Origin: a candidate division FCPU426 bacterium
GTDB lineage: Bacteria; Oederibacteriota; Muellerivitia; Muellerivitales; Muellerivitaceae
DNA length: 64,000 nucleotides
Reading direction: 5' to 3'
Assembly (NCBI GenBank): GCA_963719085.1
Contig: CAVRAL010000004.1
Location: 768,001-832,000 of the forward strand
Each line of letters begins with the position of its first letter. Position 1 is the stretch's first letter. Made by a program: the position numbers and the translations under genes. Of this stretch, positions 51,022 through 60,473 are shown one piece after another. Below the pieces are notes generated by a model. That model ran no database searches. It was not told where the DNA came from and saw nothing but the letters and a program-made list of their open reading frames with translations.

Positions 51022-52011
51022 TCATGGCGCGGCAACAGCCGCTGGCACGCCGCCCATGTCATCCACGGTGTGAAAATGATTGTGGCACTTCACGCAAGAA
51101 TTTAAAGACGCGTCGCCCGGCAGCCAGGTCACCGGCTGGGTGATGCCTTCCGGATTGCCGGCTACAGGCTTGTCCCATTCCATGGCGTAGCGCCAGTCGC
51201 CTGTTTCCGGCGAGCTTCCCTTGGGACCCTTTTGCATCACATAAAGAGGGCCCGAAATTGTGGAAGGCTTTCCCCCGTCGTCCTCAAAGGATTCCTTCAC
51301 GACTAAAGCGCCCACCGGCAGGCTGTCCGAGTTTTGGTAGGCTTTGACCGCGTCCTTTGAGACATAGGTATTCACCCAGCGGCCCCCGTGGGTTTTGCTT
51401 ATCCAGGGGCTCGTGTTCATTTTGATGAGGGTACTTAAGCCGGCTTTCGCTTTTTCCATCATGTCTTGTTGGGGAGGAGCGGAATTTTTCTGCGGTACCG
51501 CGGGTGTCGGCATGGACGCGGCTGGCACGGGAGCGGTGGCGATAGCGGGCGCGTCCTCATCCGAGCCATAAACCATCTCGCCGCCTTCGTGGCCGGCGGC
51601 GCCAAAAAGAACCGCGGTGGCTAGCCCTAAAATCAGCTGTATCGTGAAGGGGCCACGCTTACCTTGCGCCAAGCGGATGGCGCCCCAAAGGGTCGCCGCC
51701 GAAATAATCAGGCCCAAACTTCCTAAAAGGGCGTGAAAACGCAACTGACCCTTCAAAGCGGATTCAGCCGGGAGCCAGGACCACTGGGTGGTGAGGCCTA
51801 AATGATGGGCGAAAAGATGGCCTAAAATCACGCTGGGAACCGCGGTGATAAAGGTCAAGATCCAAAGCGCGGAGGCGGATTTAAACAGCCAATCTTGTTT
51901 GAAAACTCGGCCTGAACCAAAAGCCATGACCGCCAAGATGGAACAGACGATCGGGAAATGGGTGGCCGGGGGATGGAGCCAGCCAAGGGTTTCCGCTAGA
52001 AAATCCATCAT
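51022..52011 (-). CDS. DUF2231-like membrane domain fused to cytochrome P460-like domain
   Basis: HPPATHFPI, RFHA and GHEGGEMVY in the TM part; THGGRWVNTY, LPVGALVVKE, GDWRY and C-terminal CVKCH. Confidence 0.75.
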   Translation of the reverse strand: MMDFLAETLGWLHPPATHFPIVCSILAVMAFGSGRVFKQDWLFKSASALWILTFITAVPSVILGHLFAHHLGLTTQWSWLPAESALKGQLRFHALLGSLGLIISAATLWGAIRLAQGKRGPFTIQLILGLATAVLFGAAGHEGGEMVYGSDEDAPAIATAPVPAASMPTPAVPQKNSAPPQQDMMEKAKAGLSTLIKMNTSPWISKTHGGRWVNTYVSKDAVKAYQNSDSLPVGALVVKESFEDDGGKPSTISGPLYVMQKGPKGSSPETGDWRYAMEWDKPVAGNPEGITQPVTWLPGDASLNSCVKCHNHFHTVDDMGGVPAAVAAP

Positions 52012-52155
52012 GAGGGCTCCTTGATTAATCGAATGGGTCTTCCCAGAATAGCATTCGTTGGAGCGCGGGGTTACAGGCTTTTGGCGCTTTCCCACAATTG
52101 GGAATTTCAACCAACCCTCCCTATAATAAGGGCACTTTTATTGAAGGGCTTTTCG

Positions 52156-53610
52156 ATGAACCCATCCGAACAACATCCCGGGGATATCCCCTCCGAAATT
52201 ACCTTTATCGCCTTGCCGGAAGCCTTGGCCCAATTCCATCACTTGCCCAGCCACGTCCCGGTTTGGGTCCACCGCGAAAAAGAAGCCAAAACCAAAGGCT
52301 ATGATTTTGAGGAAGGCGCCCATGTGATGGAAGAGCTGCTCAAGGCGGCTCCCCGGATTCCCGGCGCTTATCTATTTCAGTTGTTCGTGAAAAAATGGGC
52401 GAAGTTGAAAGAAGTCCAACCGCTCATTCAAGCCCGCCGAATCTCCGAGGCCATCGAGCCTTTAGTGGAAATTCTCGACCTGGATCCGGAGTGCCCGCTG
52501 ACCTGTTTTCAACTGGCCTACTGTTTCCGCAAGACCGGGGAATTTGAAAAAGCCGAGAGCCTTTACGCCAAGGCGGCGAGACTCGCCCCCCAAGCCGGCT
52601 GGATCTACACCAACCTGGGCCGCACCTATCAGGCCATGGATAACCGGGCCAAGGCGATCGAGGCCTATTGGAAGGCCTTGGAACTTTTACCCGGCGACCT
52701 TTATGTGATGGAACAGTTGGTCGACCTGGGCGAGCTTTACGCCATGCCGGGCGAGGATGGAGAAGCGGAGCAGTCCTTCATGCGCCGGTCCGATTACGAG
52801 AAAAAAATGAACCAAGAAATCGACTGCCGGGAAGACGAAGCCGATCTTTTAGAACTGGGATGGCAGTTGCTTCAGGAAAAACTGCCGAACCTTGCCTCGC
52901 GTTGTTTTGAGAAGGCCCAGCGCCTTGGCGGCCAGGGCGCGGCCGGCGAGGCGCTTTTGGGCGCGGGAATCACCCGGCTGGAGCTCGGGCAGTACCGGGA
53001 CGCGGAGGATTGCCTGATCCGCTTCCTGGACGAGAATCCGGAGTCCGCCACCGCCCACCTCAATCTTTTTAAGGTTTACCTGGCCTTGGATGAGGTGGAT
53101 TTGGCTTGGGATGAGATTCAAACCGCCGTGCAGCTCGACCCGAACCGGCTCGAGGTGCTTCAACAACTCTTTTTCTTTTTTGAGGAAACCCAGCGCGAGG
53201 ACGAGGCCTTGGATTGGATGGACCGGTTGGCCGAACAGCATCCGCGGAGCTTCGCCCCTTTTTTAGTGAAGGCCCAATATTTCACATCCCGTCAGCGCTG
53301 GGCGGAGGCCGAGCCCCTGTTGTTGAAGGCTTTGAAACGATCCCCCCGCAACGAGGAAATTTTGCTTTATTATTCCGCTGAGCTCGGAAAACAGGGGTTG
53401 AACCAGGCCATCATCGATCTTTTGGAATCCCAGGAAGGGACCCTGCCCTTTTCGCTGACCATCAATTTGTCCCTGGCTTACCGAAACGCGGGAAAATTTT
53501 CCGAGAGTCAGGCCATCCTGAAAAACTTCTTGAAGACCCCGGGTTTGTCGCCTTTAGTTCAGGAACGGACCCGGGTGATTTTGAAGGAACTGGAACAGGA
53601 AAACCCTTAA
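52156..53610 (+). CDS. Tetratricopeptide repeat protein
   Basis: Repeated TPR helices (AGWIYTNLGRTY, AIEAYWKALELLP, TAHLNLFKVY). Confidence 0.85.
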   Translation: MNPSEQHPGDIPSEITFIALPEALAQFHHLPSHVPVWVHREKEAKTKGYDFEEGAHVMEELLKAAPRIPGAYLFQLFVKKWAKLKEVQPLIQARRISEAIEPLVEILDLDPECPLTCFQLAYCFRKTGEFEKAESLYAKAARLAPQAGWIYTNLGRTYQAMDNRAKAIEAYWKALELLPGDLYVMEQLVDLGELYAMPGEDGEAEQSFMRRSDYEKKMNQEIDCREDEADLLELGWQLLQEKLPNLASRCFEKAQRLGGQGAAGEALLGAGITRLELGQYRDAEDCLIRFLDENPESATAHLNLFKVYLALDEVDLAWDEIQTAVQLDPNRLEVLQQLFFFFEETQREDEALDWMDRLAEQHPRSFAPFLVKAQYFTSRQRWAEAEPLLLKALKRSPRNEEILLYYSAELGKQGLNQAIIDLLESQEGTLPFSLTINLSLAYRNAGKFSESQAILKNFLKTPGLSPLVQERTRVILKELEQENP

Positions 53611-53619
53611 GGCAATTTA

Positions 53620-53836
53620 ACAATGATTAACGCGGATGAACGCTGATAAATACAAATCTGAATTATGCATTTAGCAAAAAAAATAAGCGCTTTATGCGTC
53701 ATTGCGGGGAACTAAGTTGCGACGCTCCCCGCAATGACATATGGGCAACAGCTTGAACAATGCTTGGCCAAGTTCATAGTTTCTATTCTTATTTCAAGGG
53801 GATTAAAAATCAGCGTTCATCGGCGTTAATCATTGT
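53620..53836. repeat. Type A inverted-repeat element with internal 13-bp-stem hairpin
   Basis: ACAATGATTAACGCGGATGAACGCTGAT ... ATCAGCGTTCATCGGCGTTAATCATTGT (27/28 complementary); internal GTCATTGCGGGGA-N15-TCCCCGCAATGAC at 53698-53738. Confidence 0.88.
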
Positions 53837-53859
53837 AAAAAGGATTTGTCCTCGTTTTT

Positions 53860-54357
53860 CTAAAACCAGTACCCGCCGATTTTGATCCGTTTTTCGGCCA
53901 GCAGAGTGTCCAGGGCCGCGTAGGTTTTAGGCCCCAACAGCGCGGCCAGTCCCAGAATTAAAAATCCGAGGTCCCGGGCCACCGTCCATCCGCTGAGCTT
54001 TTCCGTGGAGTCCATGGAAAAGCAGCCACAGTTCAAATCCACGCCGTGAGCCAGGTTGACCGTCAGGGCGGCGGCGTAAACCGCCATCAAAACAGAAAAG
54101 ACCAAGGCCGCGCCCCGGGTTTTAAATCCCAGGCAAAGGCAAAGTCCCGTGAATAATTCCAGCCAGGGAATCACCACGGCCGCCAGGGGGATCAACTCGG
54201 CCGGCAAGGCGTGGTAGTTCTCCACCATTTTCGAGAATTTTTCGGCGCCGCCTATTTTATCCAGGCTGGCGATGATCAGGATAAATCCCGCCGCCAAACG
54301 GGCCAGGGTGAATCCCAGGGTGATTAAGTTCAGGCCCGGCCATTTATTTTTTTTCAT
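53860..54357 (-). CDS. MauE/DoxX family redox-associated membrane protein
   Basis: ASLDKI, IPWLELFTG, DLNCGCF. Confidence 0.88.
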   Translation of the reverse strand: MKKNKWPGLNLITLGFTLARLAAGFILIIASLDKIGGAEKFSKMVENYHALPAELIPLAAVVIPWLELFTGLCLCLGFKTRGAALVFSVLMAVYAAALTVNLAHGVDLNCGCFSMDSTEKLSGWTVARDLGFLILGLAALLGPKTYAALDTLLAEKRIKIGGYWF

Positions 54358-54992
54358 GGTTGGTCCCCGGTGTTAATCGGGAAGTCGGCTTTTTTCCATT
54401 CGGGCCATCCTCCGAAAAAAACTTTCACGTTGGTATAACCCTGCTCCGTTAATTTTTGGGCCAAGTGAATCGAAAGGTCGCAGGAAGTACCGTGGCAATA
54501 GGCGATGATTTCCCGGGTTTTATCCGGCAAGAGCGGAAGCACCTGGGGCGCCATCTTTTCAAAATCGTCGGCGTAAAAATCCAAAGCCCCCGGAATGTGG
54601 CCTTGTTTATATTCGTCGGGAGAGCGGGCGTCCAAAAAGACCGCGCTTTTTCGGTCGAACCGGTCCTTGGCTCCGACCAAACTTAAACGGGGAAGATTGT
54701 CGGGCGCGGGCGGTACGGCGCCGGCGGGAGCCGTGGCTTGGGCCGAAGTCCCCGCGGCGGCTTTGGGCGGGGCGGGGGCTCCCCAGCCCGGATAAACGGC
54801 GGCCGGCTGGGATTTTAAAACATCCTGCAGATGGGGTTGGTGAACCGGCTTCACCTTGAGCTCAATGCCTTCGGTATAAAAAAGGTTAAATAAAAGGGCG
54901 AATAGACCGGAAAAAATAAAAATACCCCAAGCCTCGCCCAAAACAGAGAAAGGGCTCGCGGCGGGGGAAGGTTTGGGAGAACGGATGGCCAT
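54354..54992 (-). CDS. Membrane-anchored rhodanese-like protein
   Basis: FLDARS..EY..GHIPGA, YCHGTSCDLS, FFGGWPEW. Confidence 0.88.
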   Translation of the reverse strand: MAIRSPKPSPAASPFSVLGEAWGIFIFSGLFALLFNLFYTEGIELKVKPVHQPHLQDVLKSQPAAVYPGWGAPAPPKAAAGTSAQATAPAGAVPPAPDNLPRLSLVGAKDRFDRKSAVFLDARSPDEYKQGHIPGALDFYADDFEKMAPQVLPLLPDKTREIIAYCHGTSCDLSIHLAQKLTEQGYTNVKVFFGGWPEWKKADFPINTGDQP

Positions 54993-55112
54993 GGGCTTTA
55001 TTATTCAATTCCGGACCCTTGAATGCAAGAAGAGGCCGCCGGGGCCAGACTTTTTCAGCAATCCACGCCTGTAAAGGGTAAAATGACGCACCTTATTCCG
55101 AAGGGAAGAACC

Positions 55113-56228
55113 ATGGCACCGCCGATCCAGATCAACCGCCGGACTATTTTTATGGTGGCTTTTTTCGCCCTTTTGGTCGGGCTTTTAAGCCTTCTTTTTT
55201 CCCTTTTGGAGCCTTTCCTTCGCTCATTTGTTTGGGCCACCTTGTTCGTCATGGTTTTTTATCCGGTTTATGACCGGCTGCACCGCTGGACCCGGGGGCA
55301 GGACTCGATCTCGGCGATTTTGGCCACCCTGCTGGTCATGCTTTGCCTGGCCTTGCCCGGTTTTTTCATTTTTATCAATTTAGGACGGGAATTGCCCAAC
55401 GCCTTCACCTTGCTCTCCTCTACTTCCTGGGACGAGAAAAGCCAGTGGGTCATGGCCGAGCTTCAATCCCTGGATCTGGAAAAACTGCTTCAAACCTTTG
55501 GGGTCAGCCCGGACCAAGCCCAACAGATCGTCCAGCGGGCTATCACCGCCGGTGTCCAGGATTTTGGCCAGATGGTTTTGACCAAGGTCGATTTTCTTTT
55601 TAAGCATGTGGCACAGTTTGGTTTGGAAATGGCTTTTACCCTGGTGGCCATGTTTTTCTTTTTCCGGGATGGTTCCCGTTACGCTTTAAAAGTGATCGAG
55701 CTTTTGCCTTTGGAAAAGGAGTATCAGGATAAAGTCGTGAAGACCTTATCGGCCACGGTCACCGCCGTCATGCGGGCCATGTTTATCAGCGCTTTTGTCC
55801 AGGGTGTTTTAACGGGCGTGGGGCTGGCCTTGACCGGGGTTCCCCTGCCTTTTCTTTTCGGCGTCGTGGCTTTCATCAACTCGTTCATTCCTTTTTTGGG
55901 AGCGGCTTCCATTTGGGTCCCGGGCGCGGTTTGGCTTTTTGTCCAGGGCCAGACGGTGGCGGGCGTTTTGCTTTTAATCTGGGGGGCTTTGATCTCGATT
56001 TTCGACCATCTCTTCCGGCCTTGGCTTATTGGAAGCGCGGCCAAGCTCCCGGTTTTTGGGCTTTTCTTCACGATTATCGGCGGGTTGGTGGTGTACGGTT
56101 TCCTGGGTATTTTTCTGGGACCGATCATCCTGTCCATGGGAATGGCTTTCCTGGCGATCTACCGGGAAGTTTACCTGAACCTCAAGCCCCCCCCGAAACA
56201 GCGCCCGTCCGTCCGCCGCCGGGGTTGA
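55113..56228 (+). CDS. AI-2E family transporter
   Basis: FFFFRDG, IPFLG, DHLFRP, IIGGLVVYGFLGIFLGP. Confidence 0.9.
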   Translation: MAPPIQINRRTIFMVAFFALLVGLLSLLFSLLEPFLRSFVWATLFVMVFYPVYDRLHRWTRGQDSISAILATLLVMLCLALPGFFIFINLGRELPNAFTLLSSTSWDEKSQWVMAELQSLDLEKLLQTFGVSPDQAQQIVQRAITAGVQDFGQMVLTKVDFLFKHVAQFGLEMAFTLVAMFFFFRDGSRYALKVIELLPLEKEYQDKVVKTLSATVTAVMRAMFISAFVQGVLTGVGLALTGVPLPFLFGVVAFINSFIPFLGAASIWVPGAVWLFVQGQTVAGVLLLIWGALISIFDHLFRPWLIGSAAKLPVFGLFFTIIGGLVVYGFLGIFLGPIILSMGMAFLAIYREVYLNLKPPPKQRPSVRRRG

Positions 56229-56289
56229 TTCGTTCCCGTCCCCGGCCCACAATAAGCGTGAGATCCCATTTCCTTTCATGAGGTGAACC

Positions 56290-57396
56290 ATGCGTTACCG
56301 TTGGCTGGGCAATACCGGATTGAACATCAGTGAAATCGGGTTCGGCGCTTGGGCCATCGGCGGCAGTTGGTGGGGGCCGCAGGATGATCAGGACTCCCGG
56401 TTGGCGCTTCATCAAGCCTTGGATCAGGGCATTAATTTTATCGACACGGCCTGGGTTTACGGCGACGGCCACAGCGAAAAGCTGATCGGTTCGGTTTTAA
56501 AAGAGCGGCATGAGAAGCCGGTCATCGCCACGAAGGTTCCCCCCATGACTTGGAACTGGGAAGGGCCGGCGGGAACGCCCTTGTCCGCCGCCTTTCCCAT
56601 AAATTGGGTGAAGGCCAAGGTGGAAGAATCGCTCACGCATTTGGGGGTGGAAACGCTGGATGTGCTTCAACTGCACACCTGGTTGGCCGAATGGAACAGC
56701 CAAGCCGGGCCCTTGATGGACGCCGTGGCGCGGTTGAAACAGCAAGGTAAGATCCGCGCCTTTGGCTTATCCCTCAAGGATAAAGAGCCCGATTCCGCTA
56801 ACGACCTCATCCGCTGGCGGCAGATCGACACCCTCCAGGTTTTTTTCAATTTGCTTTACCAAGAACCCATCGAAAAACTTTTTCCCCTGGCGGGCCGCTA
56901 TGGCGTGGGCATCATCGCCCGCGTGCCTTTGGCCTTCGGGGCCCTGAGCGGGCGTTTTAACGCCTCCACGAAGTTCATCGGGGACGACCACCGCTCCCGG
57001 CTTTATGTCGGGAACGATTTGAAGACGACCTTAAAAAAAGTGAAGAAGCTGGAATTTCTCGCGTCCCGTTCCATGCCCCTGGCCGAGGCCGCTTTGAAAT
57101 GGACCTTGGCTTACCCCGAAGTTTCCACCGCGATCCCCGGAATCCGAAATCCCCGGCAGGCCCGGATCAACAGCCTGGCGGGCGACGGCGCGCGGGTTCC
57201 CTTAGCGGCGGCCCGCAAAGCCCAAGGCCTTTACTCGAAAAATTTCGGCCTGCCGGTCATGAAAGCGGCCTCGCTGGACCCGATCCCGGCGGTCTTCATT
57301 TCGGGGGTAAAGCTATTGAGTCCGCCGAAGGGGAAAAAAATAAAGAAAGCCTCCAAACCGCCTAAAAAGCTTAAGAAAAAGAAAAATAAGAAATGA
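56290..57396 (+). CDS. Aldo/keto reductase with Lys-rich C-terminal tail
   Basis: YRWLGNTGLNISEIGFGAW, GINFIDTAWVYGDGHSE, IATKV, QLH, IPGIRN. Confidence 0.93.
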   Translation: MRYRWLGNTGLNISEIGFGAWAIGGSWWGPQDDQDSRLALHQALDQGINFIDTAWVYGDGHSEKLIGSVLKERHEKPVIATKVPPMTWNWEGPAGTPLSAAFPINWVKAKVEESLTHLGVETLDVLQLHTWLAEWNSQAGPLMDAVARLKQQGKIRAFGLSLKDKEPDSANDLIRWRQIDTLQVFFNLLYQEPIEKLFPLAGRYGVGIIARVPLAFGALSGRFNASTKFIGDDHRSRLYVGNDLKTTLKKVKKLEFLASRSMPLAEAALKWTLAYPEVSTAIPGIRNPRQARINSLAGDGARVPLAAARKAQGLYSKNFGLPVMKAASLDPIPAVFISGVKLLSPPKGKKIKKASKPPKKLKKKKNKK

Positions 57397-57959
57397 TCCT
57401 TCCCTGGAAAAAAGTTTCGGATCGGGTGGACTACGACTGCGGTTTTTTTAAGGTGCATGTCCAAAAGAGCCTGTCGCCCGTCACCGGCAAGGAACACCCC
57501 TTTTATGTTTTGGACACGCATGATTGGGTCAATGTGATCGCTTTAACGCCTGACCGGCAGGTGCTTTTGGTTTCCCAGTTCCGGCACGGGTCCGAGCAGG
57601 TGAGCGATGAAATCCCCGGTGGGGCGGTGGACCGCAAAGACGCCACGCCCCTGGACGCGGGCAAGAGGGAATTGCTGGAAGAGACGGGCTATCAGGCGGC
57701 CCAGTGGTTCTCCTTAGGGTCGGTTCGGCCCAATCCGGCCATCCTGAATAACCGCTGTCATTTTTTCCTCGCCCTGGGCGCCGCGCGGGTCGCGGAGCTG
57801 CATTTGGATGAGGCGGAAGAACTGGAGGGCCTGCTGATTCCGCTCTCGGAAATTCCGGCGCGGATTCGGGACGGCGGGATCAGCCATGCCCTGGTCATCG
57901 CGGCTTTTCATTTGTTGGAGCTTTTCCGCGAAGAAAATCCCGACAAACTGGTATTTTAA
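57393..57959 (+). CDS. NUDIX hydrolase (ADP-ribose pyrophosphatase-like)
   Basis: EIPGGAVD.....AGKRELLEETGY Nudix box; QFRHG. Confidence 0.9.
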   Translation: MILPWKKVSDRVDYDCGFFKVHVQKSLSPVTGKEHPFYVLDTHDWVNVIALTPDRQVLLVSQFRHGSEQVSDEIPGGAVDRKDATPLDAGKRELLEETGYQAAQWFSLGSVRPNPAILNNRCHFFLALGAARVAELHLDEAEELEGLLIPLSEIPARIRDGGISHALVIAAFHLLELFREENPDKLVF

Positions 57960-58100
57960 AAATTTCGGACAAAATCCTTGCCCAATGGCTTGAGCAATTC
58001 CATAAAAATCCCGGAAAGTTAAACGATGCGCTTGTCCTCGGGCGCTTAACCGTGTAATTTAACCACCTTGTTTCTACAATATTAAAAAAGTTTAGAGGAA

Positions 58101-58703
58101 ATGTTTATGTCCCGAGTCTGCGTCTTTATTGATGGAAGCAATCTTTATTTCGCCTTGAAGCGAAACAACAAGATGACCCGGGTGGATTACTACCAGTTCT
58201 CCCTGGCCTTGGTCGGCGAAAAGCGCCGCCTGATCCGCACCTACTACTACAACGCGGGTTTCGACTCCGCGCACTTTTCGGAGAAAGCCAAGAGCCAGCA
58301 ATCCTTTTTTGACTCGCTGGACCGCACGCCTTACCTGGAACTGCGCCTGGGCCGCATTATTCAAAATCGGGAAGGCCACCGCATGGAAAAGGGCGTGGAT
58401 GTGCGCATGGCGTCCGACATGGTTTATTACGCCGCCCGCGATTTTTATGACACGGCCATCGTCGTGACCGAGGACCAGGATTTTTCCCCCGCCATCGCGC
58501 TCGTCAAGGAATTGGGCAAGCATGTGGAACTGGCGATTTTCCCCGACGCCCAAAGCCGGGAAATGGTGCGAGCCACCGATAAGGTGGTGAATTTGGAAGA
58601 GATCGTCAACCAGCACGCCTCCCACGTTTTCCCCCCGGCCCAGAACGGCGAAGAGCGCCGCAGCCCGGCGGGCACGGACGAGGAAATGGCCTACGGTGTT
58701 TAA
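58101..58703 (+). CDS. NYN domain (LabA/DUF88, PIN-like) protein
   Basis: VFIDGSNLY, EKGVDVRMASD, VTEDQDF; acidic residues intact; start 58101 or 58107. Confidence 0.9.
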   Translation: MFMSRVCVFIDGSNLYFALKRNNKMTRVDYYQFSLALVGEKRRLIRTYYYNAGFDSAHFSEKAKSQQSFFDSLDRTPYLELRLGRIIQNREGHRMEKGVDVRMASDMVYYAARDFYDTAIVVTEDQDFSPAIALVKELGKHVELAIFPDAQSREMVRATDKVVNLEEIVNQHASHVFPPAQNGEERRSPAGTDEEMAYGV

Positions 58704-58724
58704 AAAAGATTCACAAAAAAATTA

Positions 58725-58830
58725 ACCACAGAGTGAACAGAGTTACTCAGAGTTTTAAAAACAAAACTATCTTGAGATTCAGATAAATAATCATGTTTTC
58801 ACGCCGAGTAACTCCGTGTAACTCTGTGGT
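58725..58830. repeat. Intergenic inverted-repeat element type B (9-mer arms)
   Basis: ACCACAGAGTGAACAGAGTTACTCAGAG ... CGCCGAGTAACTCCGTGTAACTCTGTGGT. Confidence 0.85.
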
Positions 58831-58847
58831 GAAATTGTTTAGGTTGA

Positions 58848-59828
58848 TCATCGGTCGAAAAACCCCAACTGCTCGCCTTGAAGCTGGGTCTTCCATTTGT
58901 TTTTTAACTTCCATTTGCGCCGAAAACCTTCCAGCCTTTCTCGCAAGTTCGCGAGGTAGGCCTCATCCGGATGGGCGTTGCCCCGGTAAAGGCGGATGGT
59001 TTTCTCAAAAAGTCCCCGGTCCCGGGCTTTGAGCGTTTGAAAATAATAGCCCCGCACCACTTGTCCCCGCAGGCGAAGAAGATTGTAGACGAAATAATCC
59101 ACGTCAATTTCCTTGGCGACCTTGACCATGCCTTCCAGCGCCTCGTCGCTGTCGGTGACGAAAGGGATGACCGGCATCAAATGGATGCCGCAGGGAATGC
59201 CGTGGGCCTTGAGTTGGCGCAAAGCTTCCAGGCGCCGGGAAATGGGGACGGCGTGGGGCTCTAAAAATTTTTGTAAGGAAGGGTCCAAGGTGGTCAGGGT
59301 CATGGCCACGCCCCCATTGGAGCGGTCCACCACTTCTTTTAAGACGTCCAAGTCCCGCAGGACCAAGTCGGACTTGGTGGAAAAGACCGCGGGCCAGGCG
59401 TATTTGGCGAAAAGTTTGAAGGCGCCCCGGGCCAGCCGGTATTTTTTCTCGGCGGGTTGGTAAGGGTCGGTGGCCGCTCCCAGACTCACCCAGGCGCGGG
59501 AACGTTTCGGATTGGCGAGTTCTTTTTCCAAGACTTCCAGGATATTGACCTTCACTTGGATCTTGCGTTGGAAATCAAAGGAATTTTGGAAGCCTAAATA
59601 CCAATGGGTGTAGCGGGCGAAACAATAAGGACAGCCGTGCCGGCAGCCCCGGTATAAATTCAAACTGTAGTCATAAGGCTTGGGGCCATAGGGAAGCCGG
59701 GTGTGGTGCAGGGCCGTCTTGACCTTGATCTCGATATACTCCACCTGGCTCGGGTCATTGTCGGGCTCGACAAAAGACGGCGAAAAACGGGTGGTGGGCT
59801 CGCCCGAGTTAAAGGGCGGGTGATTCAT
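58848..59828 (-). CDS. SPL-like radical SAM protein (Rv2578c/PA0069-type)
   Basis: NLYRGCRHGCPYCFAR, TDPYQPAE, TKSDLVLRDLD, LEP, MPVIPFVTD; C-terminal QLGFF. Confidence 0.9.
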   Translation of the reverse strand: MNHPPFNSGEPTTRFSPSFVEPDNDPSQVEYIEIKVKTALHHTRLPYGPKPYDYSLNLYRGCRHGCPYCFARYTHWYLGFQNSFDFQRKIQVKVNILEVLEKELANPKRSRAWVSLGAATDPYQPAEKKYRLARGAFKLFAKYAWPAVFSTKSDLVLRDLDVLKEVVDRSNGGVAMTLTTLDPSLQKFLEPHAVPISRRLEALRQLKAHGIPCGIHLMPVIPFVTDSDEALEGMVKVAKEIDVDYFVYNLLRLRGQVVRGYYFQTLKARDRGLFEKTIRLYRGNAHPDEAYLANLRERLEGFRRKWKLKNKWKTQLQGEQLGFFDR

Positions 59829-60312
59829 CGCTGGCGGGCCGGCGGTCGCGGTAGTAGAAAAAAAGCGAAGGCGCGTGGGCCGGGTGAATTTTCAATTGGG
59901 CTTGGAGCCGCTCGGCGTTTTGAAGAAAGTCCCGGGTGGACTCGGTGAGTTTTTCCGGGGTGATCAAGCGGATCCATTGCAGTTCATCGTCCCAGGAAAA
60001 GGCTCCCTGGCCGGGCCCGGCGGTTTTTTCTTTTAAGAAACCCAGGAAGTCGGATAAGGCCGGCATGGATTGAAGCTTCACCCGCAAAAAAAAGCCCTCG
60101 GACCAGATAAGGAAATCCATGATTTTATATTGGTCTAAAAGCTGGCCCTGGGTGAGCGCTTGGATCAAGCGGTAAGCTTGGGGCAGGTCGGACAGCCAGG
60201 GAGCGGCGTTTTTAGTTTTGAGCGAGACTTCGTAAGTTAAGTCTTTTGGGGAAAAGCTCGAATAAGGCTTGGCGTCTTCCCGCGCGATCAAGGTTGAGCT
60301 TAAAGTAGACAT
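59809..60312 (-). CDS. Y1/REP-associated tyrosine transposase-fold protein lacking HUH and catalytic Tyr (predicted inactive)
   Basis: AAAGGA ribosome-binding site. Aligns by eye with RAYT blocks: TYEVSLKTKN, YKIMDFLIWSEGFFL (cf. FEINAWVVLPEHMHC), LSDFLGFLK, and a W-to-QN spacing matching WQ...YIxxNP. Confidence 0.65.
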   Translation of the reverse strand: MSTLSSTLIAREDAKPYSSFSPKDLTYEVSLKTKNAAPWLSDLPQAYRLIQALTQGQLLDQYKIMDFLIWSEGFFLRVKLQSMPALSDFLGFLKEKTAGPGQGAFSWDDELQWIRLITPEKLTESTRDFLQNAERLQAQLKIHPAHAPSLFFYYRDRRPASDESPAL

Positions 60313-60352
60313 GGGATTTCCTTTATTGAAGATTCTACTCCCCATAAAAGCC

Positions 60353-60439
60353 ATCGTAATGAACGCCGATAAACGCTGATCTAAAACTGCAGAGGATTTT
60401 GTTTTTTTACCATCCGCCTTTATCGGCGTTCATCATTGC
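60353..60439. repeat. Type A inverted-repeat element between lexA and the RAYT-like gene
   Basis: ATCGTAATGAACGCCGATAAACGCTGAT ... ATCCGCCTTTATCGGCGTTCATCATTGC. Confidence 0.8.
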
Positions 60440-60473
60440 TCCATAAGGTTTTGATTCAGAGACTATGAAGAAA

